From assembly GCA_964276515.1 (NCBI GenBank), contig OZ193909.1:13764001-13828000 (forward strand): a stretch of 64,000 bases of DNA, written 5' to 3'. Source of the DNA: Gordius albopunctatus. Lineage: Eukaryota. Under the pieces are notes generated by a model. That model saw only the letters and a list, made by a program, of their open reading frames with translations. It was not told the DNA's origin and ran no database searches. Below, one piece after another: positions 1-12,219 of the stretch (position 1 is its first letter; each line of letters begins with the position of its first letter). A program made the translations under genes and the position numbers.

Positions 1-87
1 GTTTATTTACTTCTTTTTCGGTTAGTTTTAATGATTGAGGGTAGACTAACTATATCAATACAATATAAACATTCTTATATAATCAAC

Positions 88-210
88 CTCAATGGCTTGT
101 CCCAATTCTAAATCAAACTTCACTACTATTAATGCATAAAACCATTTTTTAAAGTTATCCCATGGTAAAATGGCCTCACAATTGGCTTTGTTATCTAAAG
201 CCCTATCCAT
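88..210 (-). CDS. DENND6: DENN domain-containing protein 6 (FAM116), first coding exon; gene continues off the left edge
   Basis: Manual minus-strand translation MDRALDNKANCEAILPWDNFKKWFYALIVVKFDLELGQAIE followed by a GT donor at 87-86; matches the DENND6 N-terminal motif LPWD.F..W...V.FDLELGQA.E. Too short for the ORF track. Confidence 0.85.
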
Positions 211-321
211 TTAAAGCCAGGTAAAATATACCATATGACATGTATTACCATGACGACAACCTAGTACATTCTAAATTAAAAATGCATTCAACATTTTATA
301 AATTTTTAATTCTTCCCGTTA

Positions 322-416
322 GCGTAGCCAGGTTTTGGATTAGGGGGGGGGGCAATACCTAAAAAAAATTTTTCATCATTTGGGGGGGGGGCCTGCCCCC
401 TCTGGCTACGCCCATG
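322..416. mobile_element. GC-rich MITE (TIR ~CATGGGCGTAGCCAG...CTGGCTACGCCCATG)
   Basis: GCGTAGCCAG at 322 and CTGGCTACGCCCATG ending 416 are inverted; G- and C-runs inside; family recurs about ten times in the window. Confidence 0.75.
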
Positions 417-419
417 ATT

Positions 420-640
420 CTTCCTCTTCATCATATATATGATCTTACAGTCGTGGGGTTTATTTTAACTAGATTCTTTAAACTTGATCGGGTAAACTTC
501 ATATCCTCATTGATTCTTTGTTTTTTAACTTTACCTACTTGCCCTTTTCATGTGAAACGATCGTTCTTCCTCTCTTCCAAGGCACTTGCAATTCCAATAC
601 TTTTTGATCATCCGTCTCCCTTTTTAAAATATGATCAGAT
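420..640 (-). mobile_element. degenerate 3' fragment of RTE LINE
   Basis: Colinear similarity to 37850-38000 (gtggggttt...cttgatcgggt...aacttta...cttcctctcttcc). Confidence 0.6.
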
Positions 641-1539
641 CAACGCCGATTCTCGTAAATATAGTCCGCTATAAGCTGAACCATATATGTTTTGAGACAG
701 TTATTCGCAGTGGGGTAGGGGTTTTAAGAGAGCCCCTCCTATTGACATAATTTTTTTTATTTTTCCTAAAATATATAAAATTATATGATATTAAGACTAT
801 TGTAAATATTGGACTTATAGAAAGAATTATGACACTTTTTTTGAGATAACTATTTAATATAAAATATAATCACATTTAATTTAAAATATATAATCATTTT
901 TAAAATTTATTCAGAAATTTTGCTTCATTTGCACGCTATTAAAATCTCGATCTCGTCTCAACTTTTAAAAATAATTATACCATATATTTTTTTGACTCTT
1001 ATAAATTATTATATATGATATAAATTCCTCATAATGGAACCAATTTTTTATCTCAAACCCCAACACACAAACCAGATAGGTGTTATATATACTACTTGCC
1101 TCGAAGGTATAGAGTTGCTAAACAATAACTTTATTTCCTGGCTAAGGCTCAATAAAAGGATAAAGTCTAATAATATCATCATATTATACCATAATGAATT
1201 TATTGAGATCTTATATAATAACGTTAAAGTAATGACTAAAATGTGAGAGTAAACTTTTGAAGATATCATTATTAATAACAAGTAATTATTTTAACATTGT
1301 AAAAAAATATAATAGGCATTTTTGTTGGAAGAACATAACAGTTTTGAGATCTTACGTTAATTGCACATATATAACTTAAAATATAAAATTTTCTTTAAAA
1401 CACAATTTACACTTCTCTATTATATTTGATTCATCCTTTTATACTGTGAAAAGTTTGAGCAGCTTGCTCTTTTTTGTGTTGGATGATGAACTTGTTCCGC
1501 ATAAACTCATTATAGGTCTAAATAATTTTATATTATATA

Positions 1540-1832
1540 AGCTATACAAATAAGTAACAAATACCCAAATACCCTAAGGGCTACTAACACTATGTCATTT
1601 AAGATTATATTACAAACTTGAAATTTGCGCGAAGCGGATAATTAGGTGCGTAAGTAATTACTATCAAAAGTTTCAAAATCATATTAATTTGCATTAAATA
1701 CCCTAAATTTAAATCTCATAAAATAAAAATTTTTAATTAGCTAAATGAAGACTTAATAGATAAAAATTAAAGTCGAGATCTCGCCGATAAAATCTCGTCT
1801 CGAGGTCAAAATTCTCGTCTCGGTTTTTCGAG
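1540..1832 (-). mobile_element. fragment of (GAGAC)n-subterminal non-autonomous DNA element
   Basis: aaagtcgagatctcgccgataaaatctcgtctcga...ctcgtctcggtttttcgaga matches 15160-15228; related fragments near 945-960 and 19976-19990. Confidence 0.65.
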
Positions 1833-1965
1833 AGCAAAGACCGTAGATGTTCCTAAGAATCGTAGCATATCTCACACGCTAGTTTTCCCCATCTCACCTT
1901 GTTTCTCTGTTGCATACCGTTTTGCTGGCAGTCTTTGTAATACCCGCAAAAATTTCGCTTTATTA
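1833..1965 (+). mobile_element. 3' terminal fragment of the RNase H-bearing retroelement also at 47448-47911
   Basis: agcaaagaccgt...ctttgtaatacccgcaaaaatttcgctttatta aligns to ~47778-47911 and ends at the same cgctttatta. Confidence 0.7.
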
Positions 1966-1968
1966 AAC

Positions 1969-3557
1969 TCATATATACATATATATAAAAATGAAACTAT
2001 GTGTATGTATGTATGTATGTATGTATGTATGTATGTATGTATGTATGTATGTATGTATGTATGTATGTATGTATGTATGTATGTATGTATGTATGTATGT
2101 ATGTATGTATGTATGTATGTATGTATGTATGTATGTATGTATGTATGTATGTATGTATGTATGTATGTATGTATGTATGTATGTATGTATGTATGTATGT
2201 ATGTATGTATGTATGTATGTATGTATGTATGTATGTATGTATGTATGTATGTATGTATGTATGTATGTATGTATGTATGTATGTATGTATGTATGTATGT
2301 ATGTATGTATGTATGTATGTATGTATGTATGTATGTATGTATGTATGTATGTATGTATGTATGTATGTATGTATGTATGTATGTATGTATGTATGTATGT
2401 ATGTATGTATGTATGTATGTATGTATGTATGTATGTATGTATGTATGTATGTATGTATGTATGTATGTATGTATGTATGTATGTATGTATGTATGTATGT
2501 ATGTATGTATGTATGTATGTATGTATGTATGTATGCATGTATGTATGTATGTATGTATGTATGTATGTATGTATGTATGTATGTATGTATGTATGTATGT
2601 ATGTATGTATTTATGTATGTATGTATGTATGTATGTATGTATGTATGTATGTATGTATGTATGTATGTATGTATGTATGTATGTATGTATGTATGTATGT
2701 ATGTATGTATGTATGTATGTATGTATGTATGTATGTATGTATGTATGTATGTATGTATGTATGTATGTATGTATGTATGTATGTATGTATGTATGTATGT
2801 ATGTATGTATGTATGTATGTATGTATGTATGTATGTATGTATGTATGTATGTATGTATGTATGTATGTATGTATGTATGTATGTATGTATGTATGTATGT
2901 ATGTATGTATGTATGTATGTATGTATGTATGTATGTATGTATGTATGTATGTATGTATGTATGTATGTATGTATGTATGTATGTATGTATGTATGTATGT
3001 ATTTTTGGAGAACTACCAGACCGATTTGGCTCAAAATTTCACAGTTTATTCCCCACACTCCGGAGCATGTTTTAAGATATGTTCGAGCCAAATCGGTCCA
3101 GTAGTTTTAGAGTTTGTTTTATAGGTTTTGACATTTAATAGAATGTCAATCAAACGCAACCTCATGACGTACTGCGTATCTATCGTGTAGGTAGTGTGAT
3201 AAATGCAGTAGGCATGTGTTACGGAAAATGGAAACTTTTTACGCGCTTTGAAACATTAAATATAAAAGTCATTTTTTGCTTATTTTTCACGTCAATTATT
3301 ATTATTATAGGACGGTCGTGTCCCCTCCTGCATGGCTAAATAAATTTAAAAATCTAATTTTGTCATTTTATGCGCGTTAAATAAGGAGAAAAATGAAAAT
3401 ACTTTTAACAAAGTGCCAATAAATGTTGATATATCTCAGTTCTTCGGAAATAATTAAGTTCAGAATTAAAAGTTTTATTCAGAAACAAATAATTATAATT
3501 ATGATATTGTTTCTTAATTACAAAAAATTGAAAAAAATTGCGTGAAGGGCCAGGGGG
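1969..3557 (+). mobile_element. non-autonomous Helitron-like element carrying an expanded microsatellite
   Basis: TC-ATATAT...AAA start, then (TATG)n, then aactac...accgatttggctcaaaattt; 3125-3557 aligns with 44240-44735 of the Helitron-like element that has a 3' hairpin. Confidence 0.6.
1997..3002. repeat. (TATG)n microsatellite, ~250 units
   Basis: Near-perfect tetranucleotide run with substitutions at 2536 and 2611; explains the MYVC/HTYI ORFs. Confidence 0.99.
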
Positions 3558-3865
3558 CTAAATATGTTTCCCTTGGGGCGGGGGGCCTTGGGCCAGACTA
3601 TGAGCTCAAAAAATACTATTTTGTAGTTCTCTAGCAATAGCTTTAAAAAAATGTATCCAAAATTTAATGATTAATTTTTGATTATAGGTAAATATATGAC
3701 TTAAAAAATTTGTTTGGGGAGGGGTCAAAGGTGCAGAATTTTGCACAACGCCATACCTTATCTTAAAAATATCAATTATTTGTTATTTTTCGTTAAATAA
3801 ACTATATGCGTATCCGTATCCGCCTTTTATTTATATTTTATCATAAAGGGAGGCGCGATATTTTT

Positions 3866-4065
3866 NNNNNNNNNNNNNNNNNNNNNNNNNNNNNNNNNNN
3901 NNNNNNNNNNNNNNNNNNNNNNNNNNNNNNNNNNNNNNNNNNNNNNNNNNNNNNNNNNNNNNNNNNNNNNNNNNNNNNNNNNNNNNNNNNNNNNNNNNNN
4001 NNNNNNNNNNNNNNNNNNNNNNNNNNNNNNNNNNNNNNNNNNNNNNNNNNNNNNNNNNNNNNNNN
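3866..4065. other. scaffold gap (200 N)
   Basis: Run of exactly 200 N. Confidence 0.99.
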
Positions 4066-5189
4066 ATGTTTATTTAAATTTTCTAGGGTTGTCCTATCTA
4101 CACTTAGCCATTGTTTATATTTTATGTATTCTATATCTGACGATTTAAATATTTCTGATATTCGTTGTTTAATATTAATGACACCTGGACAATGTAAACA
4201 CTTTCCTAAATAACAAAGTGGTAGAGGCGGATTACAAATAATTTTTGCTAATATATCCTTATATGTTTTGAGAGGGTACATGTCATTGCTAGTTAATTTA
4301 TTAAAATTTGCTCCGATCATCATTAATTTGACATTCTGATGGTATTGGCAAACACAGACATTGTGACTGCCACTTACTCCCGCTAAAATGCAATTTTTGG
4401 GCCTTAACTCTGCAAACTTTGAAAAGCCAAGTTGAACACTGGGATTCGCTTCTTTAAATTGTAAATAAAGTTCTTTCAGATTTAATAAAACTAATCGTTC
4501 CAAGCAATTGTAATCTAACCCTGTATAATTTAGATAAAAAGTCATAATGTAATATCGAATTCCCTTAATTTGTTTTTAATTAAGTCAATATTTAAGAATT
4601 TTTCATAAGGTTATATTCCAACTTTGTTTATTTATCAGATATATCTTTATGTGGCCCTTTAATAATAAAGTATAGTTAAAATATCAGATTCGCAATAGTT
4701 GTTTATAGCGCCACCTATAAATTAATTTAATTTATTAGTGTTTTTTCGATTTCCTGACCACCTCATAGCCGTCCCCAAACTTTTTATTTTAGAAATTTGA
4801 TATTTGGACATAGGGGAATCCCCATGGTGAATTTGGTGATTATAGCTGGTGGCGAAGTAAGTTTTTTTGGTTTTCCACAAATTTAACCACAAAAGTTTGA
4901 GGTTTTAGGTTACATTTTTCTGGTAGAGAATTTTATAAGGATTAAAATGCAATAAAATTTACGAAGCTAGAACCAATACTTTTGAAATTATGGCAATAAT
5001 AGTAAAATTTGTAAAACGCACTCGAGCGTGATTTTGGCCATTTTAGCGTCCATAACTTAAAAAGTATTGGCCCAAAATGGTTAAAATTTTCAGAAATTAC
5101 TATTTCCTATAGGGTCTAAATTCTCACAAAAAATCAGCTCGATCTGAGATGGTGGGCCGAAACCGTTTTGATATGTCATGGAATAGCCC
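4066..5189 (-). mobile_element. Sola2-like DNA transposon copy, inverted: long TIR (5189-4515) plus internally deleted transposase running into the gap
   Basis: Minus strand starts GGGCTATTCCATG at 5189; 4515-5161 is nearly identical to 6693-7351; 4500-4066 encodes RLVLLNLKELY...SKFAELRPKNC...CVCQYHQNVKLMMIGAN..., of which 4066-4326 is the reverse complement of 5190-5452. Confidence 0.7.
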
Positions 5190-6565
5190 AATTAATGATG
5201 ATCGGAGCAAATTTTAATAAATTAACTAGCAATGACATGTACCCTCTCAAAACATATAAGGATATATTAGCAAAAATTATTTGTAATCCGCCTCTACCAC
5301 TTTGTTATTTAGGAAAGTGTTTACATTGTCCAGGTGTCATTAATATTAAACAACGAATATCAGAAATATTTAAATCGTCAGATATAGAATACATAAAATA
5401 TAAACAATGGCTAAGTGTAGATAGGACAACCCTAGAAAATTTAAATAAACATAGTGAAGATTTTCTAGAGGATTTTTGCGAGAAAATTGGTCATTTATTA
5501 TATCATTCCTTTATAGCCGAACAACAAGCAATGTTTTTAAAAAATTTGAAGCTTAACTTAAATTGCTCTGAAGTAATAATTTTAAATGATTTTGCGGAAA
5601 ACTATAGTTTTGTGGTGCAAGACGCGGTTCAGGCCTATCATTGGACCAATGTCCAGGCCACAATACATCCCTTTGTTGCTTACTATAAAAAGGGCGATGA
5701 ATTGAAATGTGCAACATTCATTATGATATCCGAATGTCTGCAGCATAATACTGCCAGCTATAGCGCATTTCAAAAACGTTTTATAAACTTTTTATTGCAA
5801 GAGCTAGATTTTCAACCAAACAAATTTTACTATTTTTCAGATGGATCCGCCGCACAGTATAAAAATCGAAAAAATACAATCAATTTATGCCATCACATTG
5901 ATGACCACGGTATTAAAGCAGAATGGCATTTTTTTGCAACTTCCCATGGCAAAAGTCCTTGCGATGGTGCTGCTGGTACTCTGAAACGTTTGGCTTACAA
6001 GGCGAGTTTACAAAAACCATTTGAAAATCAGATAACACAGCCTTTCGAATTGTTTGAATGGGCAAAAAGAAGTTTAACAAACATAAGTTTTGGGTATATG
6101 TCAAATGACGAGGTTAAACAAGAGGAATTGAGACTTGTTTCAAGGTTTAATCGGGCGAGACCTATAGCTGGAATGCAAAAATTACACGCGTTAATACCGA
6201 TTGATAGAAAGAGTGTAAAAACAAAGACATATTCAAATTCGAATGAATATTTTAAGGAAGAAATTCAACGAGCGGATGAAATTGATTTGGCATACCTAAA
6301 TGGTTATGTGGCATGTAAATACCAGAGCAAATGGTGGTTAGCTCTGGTAGTTGGCAAGGATTTAATTAATGAAAATATTGTCGTCCACCTTTTACATCCC
6401 AATGGTCCATCCAAGTCATTTTTTTTCCCGCCAAAATTAGATAAAATAAACATTAAAAAATCGGATGTTATAATGACAATGTCTCCGTACACAATCACGG
6501 GACGTAGTTACACACTTTCTGCACAAGAAATGGATTTGGCTACTACGCAACTACATAAAATGTAG
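5190..6565 (+). pseudogene. Sola2-like DDD transposase, 5'-truncated by insertion
   Basis: Motifs DFAENY, QAYHW..Q.TIHP, FSDGSAAQYKN, WHFFATSHGKSPCDG. The ORF-track start at 5168 lies inside the inserted TIR; real homology begins at AATT 5190. Confidence 0.75.
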
Positions 6566-6692
6566 CTTGAGAAGCAATTTATTATTTATTATAATAAAGA
6601 ATATTTATACAATTTTTATTGAACATGAATTAGATAATAAAAATTATTTATTACGGTATATCTTTAACGAATGTTCGAAGACAAAGTTTACC

Positions 6693-7391
6693 CTAACCCT
6701 GTATAATTTAGATAAAAAGTCATAATGTAATATCAAATTCCCTTAATTTGTTTTTAATTAAGTCAATATTTAAGAATTTTTCATAAGGTTATATTCCAAC
6801 TTTGTTTATTTATCAGATATATCTTTATGTGGCCCTTTAATAATAAAGTATAGTTAAAATATCAGATTCGCAATAGTTGTTTATAGCGCCACCTATAAAT
6901 TAATTTAATTTATTAGTGTTTTTTCGATTTCCTGACCACCTCATAGCCGTCCCCAAACTTTTTATTTTAGAAATTTGATATTTGGGCATAGGGGAATCCC
7001 CATGGTGAATTTGGTGATTATAGCTGGTGGCGAAGTAAGTTTTTTTGGTTTTCCACAAATTTAACCACAAAACTTTAACCACAAAAGTTTGAGGTTTTAG
7101 GTTACATTTTTCTGGTAGAGAATTTTATAAGGATTAAAATGCAATAAAATTTACGAAGCTAGAACCAATACTTTTGAAATTATGGCAATAATAGTAAAAT
7201 TTGTAAAACGCACTCGAGCGTGATTTTGGCCATTTTAGCGTCCATAACTTAAAAAGTATTGGCCCAAAATGGTTAAAATTTTCAGAAATTACTATTTCCT
7301 ATAGGGTCTAAATTCTCACAAAAAATCAGCTCGATCTGAGATGGTGGGCCGAAAATCGTCTTTTTTTTGACGAAACGACATGGAATGGCCC
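6693..7391 (+). repeat. right long TIR (~700 bp) of the Sola2-like element
   Basis: Ends CATGGAATGGCCC at 7391 (reverse complement GGGCCATTCCATG); matches 4515-5189. Confidence 0.75.
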
Positions 7392-7617
7392 GTCTAATTT
7401 ATGAAACTCAAAACTTTAAGGAAAATATATCAATACAAGTGATAAAGTCAAATACACATTAAAAAAACATTCAATAAATGAGTTGCATACTTCACTTGCT
7501 CCAATAATGACAAAACTTATAGTTAAGAGGTTATAAACTTAACTACTACATATTTTAAATAACAACAAACCAAAACACACAAATTTAAAAAAATAATTGT
7601 TTTTTAATTTTTTGTAC

Positions 7618-8210
7618 CCATCTTGATCAGTTTTATAGTATTCAACTGTTTCGCCAGCAGGATATACATGTTGAGGAAACTGATCCCTCACAGGGATACT
7701 AGGAGGACCTAAATCTTTAATTGTTTGGTTAATAGAGCCTATTAATTAAGTTAAAACATTAGGTATCTTACCTTTTTTCTTCTTTTTTTTCTTTTTCTTT
7801 TTTGTGGCATTTTCTCCATTTATTACATCTATTGACAAATTATAAAAGAGAAAAAGGTTAAAAATTATTTATATTCAAATGAAACTACATCACTATCATA
7901 TCATACTTTTTAAACTATAAATATAACCATTTGTATCATATGTTAAGAGAAATTTTATGCATGATATTTTCAAATAGCTTTAATATTAACTTATTTCACT
8001 TGGATCTTCTTCATCTTCATTTGAAATATCATTGTTTTCATCGTTCCCATTAACTTTCTCTAACAAATCTTCAGAAATAATATCAATAGACTCTTTTTCT
8101 AATATGAAAATAGAGTAAATATTGCAAATTGTACCTTTAGTTTTCTTTTTCTTTTTTTTCTTTTCTACCTCAATACTCGTATTTTGTAAATTATCGGGCA
8201 AGGTTTCCAT
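7618..8210 (-). CDS. METAP2: methionine aminopeptidase 2, N-terminal exons 8210-8135, 8098-7991, 7828-7772, 7738-7618; catalytic-domain exons not in the window
   Basis: Poly-Lys / acidic / poly-Lys N-terminus then GPPSIPVRDQFPQHVYPAGETVEYYKTDQDG, matching METAP2 PPS.P..D.yP...fP.G....Y...QDG; GT-AG sites keep the frame. Confidence 0.85.
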
Positions 8211-8725
8211 TAAATATCTCAAAGTGGTACATTTGTTTTAGCGACGAACGACGAATTGAATAATGATCGGGCCTGCCTCTACTTGATTAAGTAGTCCTGA
8301 GAGCTAAGAAAGTTGTTCTTACAAGGTATTTGTGACATACAAGCACTTGATAAAGGTTGTGATGCAATTTTAGGTATTATGCAAACAATGGTTGGTTGAT
8401 ATCTTCTTTAAAATCCGTCTTGTTAGTTAGGTGCGTGGCCGTTCTCATTCCAATAACTTTCCTATTTTTATCAAATAGTCATATCATAAATTGCAAATTA
8501 ATATACAGCATCTTCCATGGTTTGGTAGTACCCTTTCGTTTGGTTTACAGGTATAAAACATTATTGCGCAAAAACTGAGGGGCAATTATCCGATTAAATT
8601 TAAAATAATTTTAATCACCATTTTGAGGCAAAACATTGTAATGACAATTTCTACAATTTGTTTATAAACTGTTAATAACTTATAAACGTAGAATAATAAA
8701 TAAATTGGATTATTGATTTCAATAC

Positions 8726-10281
8726 TAGTGATGCGGAAAACCCGAGAAAAATCTCGGTCTTGTCTAGTCTCGAAAAACCGAGACGAGACGAGACGAGACG
8801 AGAATTTGAAAAATGGAGTCGAGATGGAGACGAGAATTTTAATGTTGAGACGAGACGATACGAGATTTTTTCGGCGAGATCTCGACTTTTTATGGATCTT
8901 TAGATTTTAGTAAATTATTGTGTATTTAGATTTACATGATTTACATTTAAGGTATTAAGTGTAAATCAATATGTATGGAATATAAATGATATTAAAAAAT
9001 TCCTAAGTGTAGTGAATATATATTTTTGCACAAAATTTAAAATTTGGCAATCATTTACCTAAGTATGGTCGACCCTTAAGATATTTCAATAATTTTATGA
9101 TATATTTATCACATATTTGTATACATAGCATTATTAAATATTTTAAAATTTTAGGCTTAGAAAAAGTTCTGATAGAATAGTAAATATTACTAGAATATAT
9201 TTGAATTTCTCAGTAATTATACAAGTTAAGTTAAGGTGGCTCGAGTTTTTTGAGCACCAGCTTAACGATTTCAAAAATAGAATAGAATATTTAATGACAC
9301 CGCAATAGATTAAACTTAAATCAGGAGTTTTCTAGCAGTTTTTATGCTTCAACTAATAGTACACCTCCCAAATTTTTGAACCTAATAAGAAAATATGTGA
9401 ATACACAGTTTATTCATATGCATTACTTTTCACATTATAAGATCGGGTGGCAGGTACATTCAAATTTACTATAATTTCTATAATTGTGTAATATAAAATA
9501 AATTCACGAACCTATACTGTATTCGATAAATAACTATTCTATGGCAAAGTTAGTTAGAATTGTAAGGTAATTATTTGGAATATAAATTTGAATATAATGA
9601 TTTTTGTCATAAATTTAAATACGTGCACTTTAACTTAAAGTTTAAAACCCTATGTTCTTAATTCTATAATAATCCTGCTTTTATTGTTGTTTTTATACGT
9701 TTTAATTTGTGCAACTAGTTATCAATTCTGTAAATAATATACTCATTAAGTGTATCTCGCACTTTAGGGTTTATAACGCTATAGTAAACATGCAATGAAC
9801 ACTATGGACTATAATTGATAATAGTAATATCAATTGACTTAAACATTTGCCTTAAATATGTTAAGGTCTACTTTGAAGCCTTAGCCAGGCTTAATAAAGG
9901 GTCTCAATTTGCTAAATTATGCAACTAAGTCAACTATAAGCCAACTTATAATTTTCTAAGTCTATTTATGGCTGACAAACACAGTGAATTTGATACAAAT
10001 GTAATAATTGGTTAGAACAATAAAATTTAATTTTTTATGCTTCGAATTTATTTATAGTGTTATTCTGCACTTCCCCTGCAAAATTTTATCTTTATAAATT
10101 AATTTATATCTTTATATTGTCAATGAGATGTCGTGTCCCGCTAAATCTTTAAAAAGTTTGTGTATTAAAGTTTTTCAAAAATATAAAACTTTGCCATTTG
10201 TATGTTTTAACGCTTATTTTATATTTTTAATAAAACAAGAGAAAATTTTATTCCGTATATATTTTTTTCAAAAAGTCGAGA
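8726..10281 (+). mobile_element. non-autonomous hAT-like element (TAGTGATG terminus, GAGAC subterminal repeats), truncated
   Basis: Starts TAGTGATGCGGAAAA with (GAGAC)n; ~1.5 kb is a diverged inverted copy of 13845-15271. Confidence 0.7.
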
Positions 10282-10283
10282 AT

Positions 10284-12038
10284 TAACTGTAACCATTTTC
10301 TTTTACTTCAGGGTAACTGTAACTTTAGTTAGTTACATTATTTCAGTAACTGTGTAACTAAAGTTACAGTTACTTTTTATAAATTAAAAATTTTTTAATT
10401 AAATATTCAAATTATACATCTAGTTTGTGTACTTCACTTTAATTTAAATTTCCTTCGCGGATAAAATTTGAAAATTTGAATTTCGAATAGATAATTTATT
10501 TTATCAGTAAATTACCAATATTATATAAAATATTATTTTAATACAAATTTGTATTCCAAAAATTTAAAGAAGTGACACAACAGGTAAAAAATGTAATGAG
10601 CATTTAATGAATTTTAATTGGTTATCTCATATCAATTCTTCAGTTCTTTTTATATATGGGCTAAACAAATTTTTATCAACTTAAAATATAATATGATTTT
10701 GGCCCAACGTCTAAATTTAAATTTTGAAAGCCATTTGATAAATTACTTTAGTAGAATATTAATGAATTTATTGAAATAATAATATTTTTTAATGGATGTT
10801 ATTTAAATGCTCAGTAAAAAATTTTTACTATGCTTGTATCTAAAATGTATTTATTTGCAAATTTATTGAGAATTATCAGTGTTAAACTTTATAAAGGCAA
10901 AATATAAAATTTTTATTAACAATTGAAAATGGAAAATAGACAAATTTTGCTTGATACAACTTTCATTTCAAAAACCTAAAATTTGTTATATAATCAGTGT
11001 TAAATTATCTAAACTTACTATTACTTAACAATAAATGCTGATTTAGCCTTTAAGGGTCTACCTCGCTTTATTTTTTACTCCAAACTTTTGTCTTCTTTAG
11101 GTGGTTGGAAAAATTTAAGTTTAATTGCCAACAAAACCACATGCTTGCAAATATATTGTATAAAAAGCAACAATTGGACTTGCCTTTAAAGCATTTTTCA
11201 CAATCATTTGGAAATTAACATAGCCAAAGCCAAAAATTCTTTAACATTGCTAATGTTATTTTCACTAATCATAATACTTCTTGCTGGTATTCAATAATCA
11301 GTAATATTAAGATTTTTTGGCAGTCTATTAATATTATTTCTTGCAAATTCATAACCTTCTGTCCATAGCTTCCAATTTTTCATAGGTTTTGACAATTTTT
11401 TGGAGTATTTATATTCAGAAGACTAAGTTTTAACCTTGTCCAAAGCCATGACCTTAAACCTACTAAGTGTTAGGCGTTCTCTCAGTGAGAATTCATCTTT
11501 AAATTACATTAATTCATTGATCCCTAACCAGGAGGAAAGACAGGACATAGAGGAACCAAATACGTTGGATTTTTTTAATCTTTCAAAGTCAAAAAGTATT
11601 CAAAAGTGCATTCACACATTTATAAATTCGAATAATAGTGATTTGTTAATATATAATAATTTCCCTAAATTGAAGAAACTTTTCATTAAATTCAATGTAC
11701 CCCTACCATCTATCGCCCCCGTCGAGCGTCTTTTTAGTCTTGGTAAATTAATTTTTAGTGAAAAGCGAACTAGCTTATTAGATGATAATATATAAAATAA
11801 CATATTATTGAAATCGAATTATTATTTTTACCTTCTGATTTTTATATAAATGTTTAAATAAATAATATCAAAAAATATATTTTTTTTTGTAACTTTAGGT
11901 GTAACTAGTTCCATCAGGTAAGTAACTGGAAATGTAATCAGTTACATTTGAAAATTTGTAACTGTAACTGTAATTAGTTACATTTTTTGTGAAAGTAAAC
12001 TTAACTAGTTACTGTGGTAAAGTAACTTTAACAGCTCT
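10284..12038 (+). mobile_element. degenerate hAT element with GTAACT subterminal repeats; C-terminal dimerization-domain fragment at ~11540-11820
   Basis: FPKLKKLFIKFNVPLPSIAPVERLFS...KRTSL.D (hAT dimerization motif); GTAACT/AGTTAC repeats at 10284-10375 and 11890-12030; end aagtaactttaacagctctg, also seen at 43522-43541. Confidence 0.7.
11021..11505 (-). pseudogene. MULE/Mutator-like transposase C-terminal remnant nested in the hAT element
   Basis: Manual translation with stops and frameshifts: FKDEFSLRERLTLSRFKVMAL...LWTEGYEFA...ICKHVVLLAIKLK..PP...KRGRPLKAKSAF* (SWIM CxH plus basic KRGRP tail). Confidence 0.6.
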
Positions 12039-12219
12039 GGTAGGATATAAAATTTGTAAAAATGTCCGGGAAAGCCATAGCCCTGTTAAAAATAATGTTT
12101 TATCTTCTCTTATATTCTAATATATTGCATATTTAAAAAATTAAATATTTATTTTTCATAAAATAGTTTATTGAAAAAATGAATCAAAATGGCGATGGCA
12201 ATTTTTTGTGTATTTCATT

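Noticed and set aside
1969..3124. Long MYVC / HTYI ORFs on both strands
   Set aside because: Translations of a stop-free (TATG)n microsatellite.
3806..4545. ORFs spanning the N gap
   Set aside because: Open only because of the Ns; only the transposase part to the right of the gap is real.
8280..8600. Possible spliced exons upstream of METAP2
   Set aside because: A 45-nt GT-AG candidate exists but no frame gave a recognisable protein.
8713..8910. ORFs rich in ETRRD (also 15063-15306)
   Set aside because: Translations of GAGAC subterminal repeats.
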